Of a stretch of 64,000 nucleotides of DNA, positions 16,810 to 24,990 are shown piece by piece. The stretch comes from Candidatus Poriferihabitaceae bacterium (GTDB lineage: Bacteria; Pseudomonadota; Gammaproteobacteria; Arenicellales; Poriferihabitantaceae): the NCBI GenBank assembly GCA_965214625.1, contig OZ243962.1, forward strand, positions 1,005,278 through 1,069,277. Reading direction: 5' to 3'. Under the pieces are notes generated by a model. It was not told where the DNA came from. It saw nothing but the letters and a program-made list of their open reading frames with translations, and did no database searches. The translations under genes and the position numbers were made by a program. The stretch's first letter is position 1. Every line of letters begins with the position of its first letter.

Positions 16810-18875
16810 ACCAGACAATTCTTGAATTCTTCCACGATTTTCGCCAAGACCTCCTGGCTGGTGCGGAAGCGAATTTGAGCTTTCAACTATCGGAATTTAT
16901 GGATGTTGTAAGTGGCGAACTGGTAGATACCGGGTTCATTGATGGTTATGAATTCTGCCACTATCGAGCACAACGTGGTATCAGGGTGGATGGCTATTGG
17001 TTTGATGATGAAGGGACTCTTGATCTTTTCATTGCGGACTTTGAATGCAGGAATGAACTGGCATCTCTGACCAAAACAGAGGTTGATGCCATGTTCAGGC
17101 GATTAATGAAATTCTTCGAAGTCTGTATCGATAAGAATCTGCACCTAGATCTGGAGGAGACCTCGCCGGAATATGGATTGGCGCGGGAGATTCTGGACAG
17201 AAAATCGCAGATCAGAAAAGTCAATTTCTTTCTCATTTCAGAGCGTATTCTCAGTGATCGAATACAGTCAATAGATAACACTAACTTGAACGGAATCAAT
17301 ACTGCATTTCATGTATGGGATATATCCAGACTTCAGCGTCAAAGAAGTTCAAGAGGCCACAAAGAGATTTTAGATATCGATTTTTCTGCCTTAACTGGTT
17401 CCGGCGTTTCCTGCCTGCCCGCACATCTCGGCTCTGGCGCTTACCAAGCGTATCTGGTTGTTCTGCCGGCAAGTGTGCTTTCGGATCTATATGAAAGATA
17501 CGGCTCCAGACTACTGGAACAGAATGTTCGGTGTTTTCTTCAGGCAAGAGGGAATGTCAACAAAGGTATTCGGACAACCATTTTGAACGAACCCGAAATG
17601 TTCTTTGCCTATAACAACGGGATCACGGCAACAGCACAGGAGGTAGATGTAAGAAAAACTGAAAACGGACTTGAAATCGTAACCATCAAAGATCTTCAGA
17701 TCGTAAACGGTGGTCAGACGACCGCTTCACTGTTTCATACGCACAGGAAGGACAAAGCCTCATTGGAAAAGATTTTCGTACAGATGAAACTGTCTGTTAT
17801 TTCCGAATCAGAAAGCGACACTGTCGTCCCCAGAATTTCAGAATATGCCAACACTCAGAATCGTGTGAATGCAGCAGATTTCTTTTCAAATCATCCGTTC
17901 CATATAAGAATCGAGGAGTTTTCAAGGCGCATATGGGCTCCGGCTCAAGATGGCGCTTTAAGGGAAACAAAGTGGTTCTACGAAAGAGCACGGGGACAGT
18001 ATGCGGATGCACAAAGTAAGCTTACTCAAGGAGAGAGGAAACGATTTCAGGCGGAATATCCGAAACCGCAGATGTTTACAAAAACAGATCTCGCCAAATT
18101 TGAGAATGTATGGGATGAAAAGCCGACCTTTGTGAATCTCGGAGCACAAAAGAACTTTGCACAATATGCAAAACGAATCGGTCAGGAATGGAACAAAAGT
18201 CCTGACATCTTTAATGAATTCTATTACAAACGCGCAATTGTTCGAGCCATCCTGTTTCGTAAAACGGAAAAAATAGTGTCGGCACAGCCCTGGTACAACG
18301 GTGGATACAGAGCTAATATCGTGGCGTATACACTGGCATTGCTGGCATTTTATTGCGAGCAGAAGGATAGATCTATCGATTTTATGGCATTGTGGAAAGA
18401 TCAATCTGTTCCGGAAAGCATCCACCAATCACTTGCAGCCACTGCAAAACTGGTCAATGACATTATTATCAATCCAGAAGCAGGTATATCCAATGTAACT
18501 GAGTGGTGTAAAAAGGAGTTGTGCTGGCAAAGATTACAGAAAAAGGTTGACGAACTTGATCATATCCTGCCAAGAGAGTTCAAAGTCGGGCTAATTTTAA
18601 AGAGTGAATTAGTCGAAGCAAAGAAATCCGCTCGGCAAACCCAGAAGATGGACAATGGCATTGAAGCCCAAAAGAGGGTGATGAGCATCTCCGGACCGGA
18701 ATGGCAGAGTCTGCTGCAACGCTCACAGGAAAAAGAACTGCTGACTCAAAAGGAAACCGGGATATTACGGATTGCAACTCAAATACCCAGAAAAATCCCT
18801 TCAGAGAAACAAAGCATGATTTTGATTGATTTTCTGGAGAAGGCCCATCAGGAAGGTATTGTTGTGAATGAATGA
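16806..18875 (+). CDS. AIPR (abortive-infection phage-resistance) family protein
   Basis: About 689 aa from ATG 16806 (ATGA overlap with the upstream stop). The central FFAYNNGITATA...LQIVNGGQTTASL block is the AIPR-type signature as I recall it. Confidence 0.7.
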   Translation: MNQTILEFFHDFRQDLLAGAEANLSFQLSEFMDVVSGELVDTGFIDGYEFCHYRAQRGIRVDGYWFDDEGTLDLFIADFECRNELASLTKTEVDAMFRRLMKFFEVCIDKNLHLDLEETSPEYGLAREILDRKSQIRKVNFFLISERILSDRIQSIDNTNLNGINTAFHVWDISRLQRQRSSRGHKEILDIDFSALTGSGVSCLPAHLGSGAYQAYLVVLPASVLSDLYERYGSRLLEQNVRCFLQARGNVNKGIRTTILNEPEMFFAYNNGITATAQEVDVRKTENGLEIVTIKDLQIVNGGQTTASLFHTHRKDKASLEKIFVQMKLSVISESESDTVVPRISEYANTQNRVNAADFFSNHPFHIRIEEFSRRIWAPAQDGALRETKWFYERARGQYADAQSKLTQGERKRFQAEYPKPQMFTKTDLAKFENVWDEKPTFVNLGAQKNFAQYAKRIGQEWNKSPDIFNEFYYKRAIVRAILFRKTEKIVSAQPWYNGGYRANIVAYTLALLAFYCEQKDRSIDFMALWKDQSVPESIHQSLAATAKLVNDIIINPEAGISNVTEWCKKELCWQRLQKKVDELDHILPREFKVGLILKSELVEAKKSARQTQKMDNGIEAQKRVMSISGPEWQSLLQRSQEKELLTQKETGILRIATQIPRKIPSEKQSMILIDFLEKAHQEGIVVNE

Positions 18876-18935
18876 CAGAAGAGTTCACTCCACATCTTTG
18901 ACTGATGACTGTCTTATCATTTCGTTTCCCTCAGT

Positions 18936-20612
18936 TCATGAATTACAGCAATGATGGTTCAAACGACAGGCGCAGGAAGCATTAATCCCAACATCGGCTC
19001 TTGCGATGGCAAGATTAAGACGAGCACGAAACAACCGGGCCTCTTTTTGTTTACCCAGCCGTTCAAGGCATTCAACCAGTCCATGCAAACTCCATAGATT
19101 ATCAATATGTTGGGACGTGCTGACCAAGGTATCGGTCAGTCCCAAATCATCCATATAGACCTGCTGGGCTTGTTCAACGTAGCCCTGCTCCAGTAACAGA
19201 GCACCCAGTGCATGACGGGCCGGCTGCATCCAGCCCCACGGTTCATCGTATTTCAGATTGTCATCCAGATACACCGCCTTGCGAAGAAAGTCAAAAGCCG
19301 CTTCATGGTTTCCCTCCCGGTACGCAAGTTCCCCCTCCAGCATCTGACTGGCGATCTTGAGAACAGATTGACAGGAATTATTAAACAGATAACAGGTTTC
19401 AGGCACCTTCTCGATCGCATTATAAAAATTGCGACGTTCTGATTTCGCCATGTCGATCTCATTTCGTACGGCATGGGCAATGGCTTTCGCATAGCACCAG
19501 ACTGCAGTTGTCATGCAATACAGTGCCCGGTCGTGAGGCAACGGATGGTGGATAATCTCCTGCCAGCGTCCGAAGCGGATGAAAACATGGGCCTTGATAC
19601 CGATATAGCCTTCCATCCAGTCTGCCATGGCCGGATTTTCAATTCTAAGCAGTGCTTCGGGCGTCGTCTTGATCAATTCTTCCGCCGCATCCATCGCCGT
19701 ACGAAATTGTCCGAGAAACATCGCCGCATAGATTTTCAAATGAAAATTGTGAATCCGTGACAGGGTGTGATAGTTCATCGCGCCTTCATGTTTGAGATAG
19801 ACACGGTCGGCTGCAATGGCTTTGTCATTGGCAACAATCGCTTCGTAGTAGTGACCGCAACGCACATCAATATGGGACGGCATATGGCACAGATGACCTG
19901 AATCAGGGACCAGTTGTCGAAGCTGATCACAGGCCCGCAAAGACTTTTCCGGAAAGGGTGACATTTCCATCACATGAATATACAGGTGCAGTACGCCCGG
20001 GTGAGGAATGGCCCCACTGGCTTCCCGCCGCACCATGGCCTTTTCCAGCACATCAATCGCCTCCAAAGTGGACGCTCCCTCGGACGGGTCGCCGGTTCTC
20101 AGATCCCACAGTGCCCAAGGGGTGCGTATCATCAGTGCTTCAGCAAACAACGCACAAATATCGTCATCCTCCGGATAGACCTGGTAAAGACAACGCATCT
20201 GGTCAGCATACTCATCGTTCCAGCGATTATAGTCAGCAGGCGTTGTGGTATTGGGTGAGGGATATCGCGCCTGTAAGGCATCAATCATCATCGACTCCCG
20301 GTCAGAGTCATATGCCGTCTTCTGTTTTGCCTTACGGGCAAACTGGTACGTCCGTTGCAGTTTTTCCACCAACTCGTCTTGCTGCATTCGTACCCATGGC
20401 TTGTTGTAGTAGATGCCCGAAGAATAGGCCAATCCCCAATACGCCATTGCATGGTCCGGGTCCAGATTACTTGCCTGTTTGAAACAGCGATAAGCCATTT
20501 CCAGATCAAAGCCATAAATCCATATCAAACCGCGATTGAACCAGGACTGGGCCTCGGTGCTACCCCTATTGATGGAATCGAAATAGGCACCCAGATTGTA
20601 GGCGTGATTCAT
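18936..20612 (-). CDS. TPR-repeat protein, function unknown
   Basis: 558-aa ORF with repeated helical-pair segments (EAQSWFNRGLIWIYGFDLEMAYRCFKQASNLDPDHAMAYWGLAYS; HEAAFDFLRKAVYLDDN; VEQAQQVYMDDL). Cys-rich C-terminal tail CACRLNHHCCNS. Confidence 0.55.
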   Translation of the reverse strand: MNHAYNLGAYFDSINRGSTEAQSWFNRGLIWIYGFDLEMAYRCFKQASNLDPDHAMAYWGLAYSSGIYYNKPWVRMQQDELVEKLQRTYQFARKAKQKTAYDSDRESMMIDALQARYPSPNTTTPADYNRWNDEYADQMRCLYQVYPEDDDICALFAEALMIRTPWALWDLRTGDPSEGASTLEAIDVLEKAMVRREASGAIPHPGVLHLYIHVMEMSPFPEKSLRACDQLRQLVPDSGHLCHMPSHIDVRCGHYYEAIVANDKAIAADRVYLKHEGAMNYHTLSRIHNFHLKIYAAMFLGQFRTAMDAAEELIKTTPEALLRIENPAMADWMEGYIGIKAHVFIRFGRWQEIIHHPLPHDRALYCMTTAVWCYAKAIAHAVRNEIDMAKSERRNFYNAIEKVPETCYLFNNSCQSVLKIASQMLEGELAYREGNHEAAFDFLRKAVYLDDNLKYDEPWGWMQPARHALGALLLEQGYVEQAQQVYMDDLGLTDTLVSTSQHIDNLWSLHGLVECLERLGKQKEARLFRARLNLAIARADVGINASCACRLNHHCCNS

Positions 20613-20861
20613 TATCAGTTAACTCTTTTCGAATAAACCTGAAGTCGGTGGACTAAGACTGGATCCAGTCCGGTACGATATGGTTTACTGTATACAAATT
20701 CAACAATAAATGCCATTTGCAGCATGATGTCAATACAGTTTGAGAACCATTTGGCGTATATTCGAAACAGCAACGTCAGGGACATTTTCACTGACGGGAT
20801 ACGCTTAACCTGACCGGGTCCAAGAGAACGGCCAAAAGAGACGTTTTTGTCAGCAGCAAGC

Positions 20862-23273
20862 ATGAAAGATACCGCACAGGTTGTGATTATCGGGGGAGGC
20901 ATCGTCGGCTGTTCCGTAGCCTGGCATCTGGCAAGGAATGGCTGGACCGAGGTGACGCTGGTTGAAAGACAGGAACTGACCTCCGGATCGAGCTGGCATG
21001 CCGCAGGCGGATTGTTTACCGTCACGCGTCCCAACACCGCCGCCTGGGCCCATAAGTATACGTTTGACCTGTATCGGACGATTGAGAAAGAAAGCGGGCA
21101 ATCATGTGGTTTCCATTTTACCGGTGGGCTCAATCTGTGCCGTACCCCGGAAGAAGTGAACAGCAACCTGATGATGCAAAGCGCCTGTCGCAGACTGGGG
21201 ATCGACAGTCATTTCATTTCTCTAAAAGAGGCCCGCGACAAGGCGCCGGTTCTGGACACAACGGATATCATCTCGGTCCTGTGGGAAGAACAGGGCGGAC
21301 ATGTCGATCCCGCATCGGCGACACAGGCATTCGCGGTCGCTGCCCGGAATCTGGGGGTTGAAATCTATCGTCACACCCCGGTCGTTGGGACTATTCAGCA
21401 AACCGACGGTTCATGGCAGGTCCGAACGGAAAAGGGCAATATACAGGCTGAATATATTGTCAATGCCGCAGGACTCTGGGGTCGCGAGGTGGGGAGGCTG
21501 GCGGGGATCGAACTACCGCTCATCCCCGTGGAACATCACTACCTGGTCACGGAAAGCATTCCCCTGATCGAGGATCTGGATTTTGAACTGCCCCAGATCA
21601 ATGACAACGAGACCGGCTGTTATGCAAGACAGGAGGGTCAAGGGCTGTTGCTGGGAGCCTACGAAAAAACCTGTACGCATTGGGCGGTAGAAGAAACACC
21701 CCGGGACTTTGGTCACGAGCTATTGCCCGATGACCTTTCTCGTATGGAATGGAATTTCCGCAAATCAGTCGATATCATGCCCTGTCTGGGACAGGCCGGG
21801 GTCAGGCGTGTGATCAATGGCCCGATGATTTTTTCCCCCGACCTGGGACCCTTGATCGGCCCCCATCCGAACCTGAAAAACTACTTTTGTGCCAATGGGG
21901 TGATGGCGGGATTCAATCAGGGCGCTGCCATTGGGAAAGTGTTGTCGGAATGGATCATTCAGGGGGAACCTGAGTTCGATGTTTATTGCTGGGATGTGGC
22001 CCGATTCGGAAGCTGGGCATCGAAGTCCTATACCCGGGACACGACGCGCTACTTTTATGAGAACCGGTCGGAGAAAATCTACCCGTATCAGGAAATTGAA
22101 GCAGGCCGGCCCCTTCACAAGCCACCCGTCTATGATCGGCTAAAAGCGGCGGGCGGCGTCTTCGGAATGTCTTTTGGTCAGGAACACGCCAACTGGTTTG
22201 CCAGAGAAACCGTCAACGCCCGGGACAGCCTGACCTACCGCCAGCCCAATTGGTGGCAACCGGTGATTGATGAGGGGAAACGGGTGCGCAATGAAGTCGG
22301 CCTGATGGAATTTTCCGCCATGGCCAAATTTGAAGTGAGCGGCCCCAAGGCCGAAAACTGGCTCAATCATGTCATGGCCAATCGTATGCCGCAACCGGGG
22401 AGAATGGGGCTGTCTCCGATGCTCTCGCCCCATGGACGACTGATCGGCGATTTTTCCATTTCACGGATCGGCACCGATCAATTTTGGGTGCTTGGCGCAG
22501 ACACGATGCAGCTTGCCTTCCTGCGCCATTTCAACCGGTTCCTTCCTTACAAAGGCGTCGACGTCCATCATCGGTCATCGCATTACAGTGGCGTGCATAT
22601 TTGTGGCCCTCATGCACAGGCCCTGATCTCCCGTGTGGCGGACCATGACATGGATACCGTGCATTTCCCTTTCATGAGCGCGGCCAGAATCACGCTGGGT
22701 GGCATTGCCGATGTCATCACGCTGCGCGTCTCATACACCGGAGAAACCGGATATGAAATGTATCTGCCGGTCAATCGTCAAGCGGAATTATTCGATCTGC
22801 TGTTCATCGAGGGGCAGACGCTGGGCATTGGCCTGGTCGGCACACGGTGTCTGATGCACACCCGCCTAGAGAAGAGTTTCCCTGCATGGGGACTTGAACT
22901 GTCACCGGACTACACCGTTGTTGAAGCCGGCATGGAACGGTTTGTGAAACGGGACAAAAAGAACTTTGTCGGAAAAAAAGCGGTATTGGCCAACACCCCC
23001 CCGAAAGAACGATTTGTGACCTTGACGGTACAGGCAGATGACGGGGCAATATGGGGTGATGAAGCCATTTATCTGAATGGAACACCGGTCGGATATGTGA
23101 CCTCCGGTGGCTATGGACCGGCATCAGAGTGCCACATTGCCCTGGGTTATGTCCGTGCCGGAGCCGATGACACAAGCGGACAGTATTGTGTTGAAATACT
23201 CGGCAAATTACGCGATGCCGTACTCCACAGGCAACCCGTCTATGACCCCACCGGGGTTCGAATGAGGGCATGA
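20862..23273 (+). CDS. FAD-dependent oxidoreductase fused to a GcvT-type folate-binding domain (dimethylglycine/sarcosine dehydrogenase-like)
   Basis: N-terminal dinucleotide fold VVIIGGGIVGCSVAWHLAR, and TSGSSWHAAGG (covalent-FAD His context of DMGDH-type enzymes). The C-terminal roughly 380 aa have aminomethyltransferase-like strings (YTGETGYEMY). I prefer ATG 20862 to the track's TTG 20847. Confidence 0.8.
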   Translation: MKDTAQVVIIGGGIVGCSVAWHLARNGWTEVTLVERQELTSGSSWHAAGGLFTVTRPNTAAWAHKYTFDLYRTIEKESGQSCGFHFTGGLNLCRTPEEVNSNLMMQSACRRLGIDSHFISLKEARDKAPVLDTTDIISVLWEEQGGHVDPASATQAFAVAARNLGVEIYRHTPVVGTIQQTDGSWQVRTEKGNIQAEYIVNAAGLWGREVGRLAGIELPLIPVEHHYLVTESIPLIEDLDFELPQINDNETGCYARQEGQGLLLGAYEKTCTHWAVEETPRDFGHELLPDDLSRMEWNFRKSVDIMPCLGQAGVRRVINGPMIFSPDLGPLIGPHPNLKNYFCANGVMAGFNQGAAIGKVLSEWIIQGEPEFDVYCWDVARFGSWASKSYTRDTTRYFYENRSEKIYPYQEIEAGRPLHKPPVYDRLKAAGGVFGMSFGQEHANWFARETVNARDSLTYRQPNWWQPVIDEGKRVRNEVGLMEFSAMAKFEVSGPKAENWLNHVMANRMPQPGRMGLSPMLSPHGRLIGDFSISRIGTDQFWVLGADTMQLAFLRHFNRFLPYKGVDVHHRSSHYSGVHICGPHAQALISRVADHDMDTVHFPFMSAARITLGGIADVITLRVSYTGETGYEMYLPVNRQAELFDLLFIEGQTLGIGLVGTRCLMHTRLEKSFPAWGLELSPDYTVVEAGMERFVKRDKKNFVGKKAVLANTPPKERFVTLTVQADDGAIWGDEAIYLNGTPVGYVTSGGYGPASECHIALGYVRAGADDTSGQYCVEILGKLRDAVLHRQPVYDPTGVRMRA

Positions 23274-23416
23274 TGACAGGATGCGTTATTTTCGACAGAC
23301 CAATCTGGCCGCAAACCTTGTCCTGAACCGCCGTCTTCGGGCAACCGTCAGGATTGATGCCAATCCGGCCTGTTGCCGGAAAACCGCCTCAAACCGGTCC
23401 CATCCACAAATCATCC

Positions 23417-24955
23417 ATGTCCCGTCGTCAATCCAGGGCTAGGGCAAATCGCCAGACAGACCGTGAACGGCCGTTCACTCAACGGCCTTTCCAGCCGTTG
23501 TGCAATCCCTACAAGCCGATGGAAATTCTTTCCGTCGATCAGCTCGAGTCAATTCACCAGGCCAGTCTGAAGATTCTCCGCGATATCGGACTGCGAGTCG
23601 AAAGCAAGATCGCATTACAGCTGCTGACTGATATCAGAGCGGAAGTGGACAAAGATGCCCGACAGGTTCGCTTTTCCCCCGATTTGATCGAAGAACTGAT
23701 CACCGGGCTACCCACCGAATTTACCATTCATGCCCGAAATCCATCCAAGACCGTCACCATGGGGGGCAACTCCATTGTCTTTGCAACAGTTTGCGGTCCC
23801 TCCTTTGTATCGGACCTCGACCGGGGTCGTCGCGCAGGCACCCAGACCGATATGGAAGACTTCGTCAAGCTGTCCGGTTTTTTGAATGTATTCCATCATG
23901 AGGGCGGGAGTGGACTGGAACCCCTGGATTTACCCCCTCAAAGTCGCCACCTGGACATGATGTATGCCCAGATCACCTTGACCGACAAAGGCTGGCAACC
24001 GAGCTGGCTGAATACCGGTAAACGGGCACGCGATTGCATTGAGATGGCCAAAATTGCACTGCAGACCGATGAGGACGGTCTAAAGAAGCGACCCGCCATT
24101 ATCGGTGGATTGAACACCAATTCGCCGTTGTTGTTCGATGAGGGGCAGGCTGATGGCATGCGTGAATTTGCGCTGGCAGGCCAGCCGGTTCATATCACAC
24201 CGTTCACACTGGCCGGCGCCATGGCCCCGGCCACGGTCGCCGGGGCCGTCGCCCTGCAAAATGCCGAAGCACTGGGCTGTATCGCGCTGACACAGGCCGC
24301 CGCACCCGGTGCGCCGACGTTCTATGGACATTTCACGTCCAATGTGGACATGCGAACCGGTTCCCCGGCCTTCGGCACACCCGAATATGCCCAGTCCGTG
24401 ATCATCTCCGGACAACTTGCACGACGCTACAAGCTGCCGATTCGATCTTCGAGCACCACCGCTTCGGCCTGTGTCGACCTGCAGGCAGCCTATGAAAGTG
24501 ACATGTCGATCAATGCCTGCATTCAGGCCCATATCAATAATGTCATGCATGCAGGCGGCTGGCTTGAGGGGGGACTGACCTGTTCTTTCGAGAAACTGAT
24601 ACTGGATGCGGAACTGTTGCAAATGCAATCAGCCTTCTTGCAACCGGTCATCGTGGACGACAGTACACTGGCACTCGATGCCATTGAGGAAGTCGGACCA
24701 GGCGGCCATTTCTTTGGTGCGGCCCATACCCTGGAACGCTACAGGGATGCCTTCTACGAGCCGATCCTGTCGGATTGGCGCAATTTTGAAACGTGGCGGG
24801 ATGATGGAGGCCAGACAGCAACCCAAAGGGCGAACAGAATCTGGAAGAAAATCCTCCGGGAATATGAAAAACCCGCCATCGACCCGGCGATTGAAGAGGA
24901 ACTGCAGACTTATATGGCCAGACGCAAAGAACAGATCAACAAGGAAGGGGGCTGA
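23417..24955 (+). CDS. MttB-superfamily (trimethylamine methyltransferase-like) protein, non-pyrrolysine type
   Basis: 512 aa from ATG 23417 (MSRRQSRARANRQ... Arg-rich leader typical of the family, then LSVDQLESIHQASLKILRDIGL). Uninterrupted frame with no in-frame TAG. The track ORF starts 21 codons earlier. Confidence 0.75.
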   Translation: MSRRQSRARANRQTDRERPFTQRPFQPLCNPYKPMEILSVDQLESIHQASLKILRDIGLRVESKIALQLLTDIRAEVDKDARQVRFSPDLIEELITGLPTEFTIHARNPSKTVTMGGNSIVFATVCGPSFVSDLDRGRRAGTQTDMEDFVKLSGFLNVFHHEGGSGLEPLDLPPQSRHLDMMYAQITLTDKGWQPSWLNTGKRARDCIEMAKIALQTDEDGLKKRPAIIGGLNTNSPLLFDEGQADGMREFALAGQPVHITPFTLAGAMAPATVAGAVALQNAEALGCIALTQAAAPGAPTFYGHFTSNVDMRTGSPAFGTPEYAQSVIISGQLARRYKLPIRSSSTTASACVDLQAAYESDMSINACIQAHINNVMHAGGWLEGGLTCSFEKLILDAELLQMQSAFLQPVIVDDSTLALDAIEEVGPGGHFFGAAHTLERYRDAFYEPILSDWRNFETWRDDGGQTATQRANRIWKKILREYEKPAIDPAIEEELQTYMARRKEQINKEGG

Positions 24956-24990
24956 TGGACCCACCTGATCTGACAATCCGTACCTGACCC

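Larger units (their letters stand above)
9000..18935. other. A+T-rich accessory island (IS remnant plus six-gene defence-type operon) between the tauD-like and TPR genes
   Basis: Hand G+C counts on single 60-nt lines. Inside the island: 10261-10320 25/60, 13201-13260 23/60, 17221-17280 20/60. Outside: 6241-6300 37/60, 19501-19560 32/60, 21001-21060 37/60. Gene content is R-M/defence-type and a transposase fragment sits at the left border. Confidence 0.65.

Noticed and set aside
20615-21166. 183-aa minus-strand ORF at the start of the DMGDH-like gene
   Set aside because: Antisense to the FAD-binding N-terminus (VVIIGGGIVGCS) of a clear gene and running into the intergenic region; no motifs.
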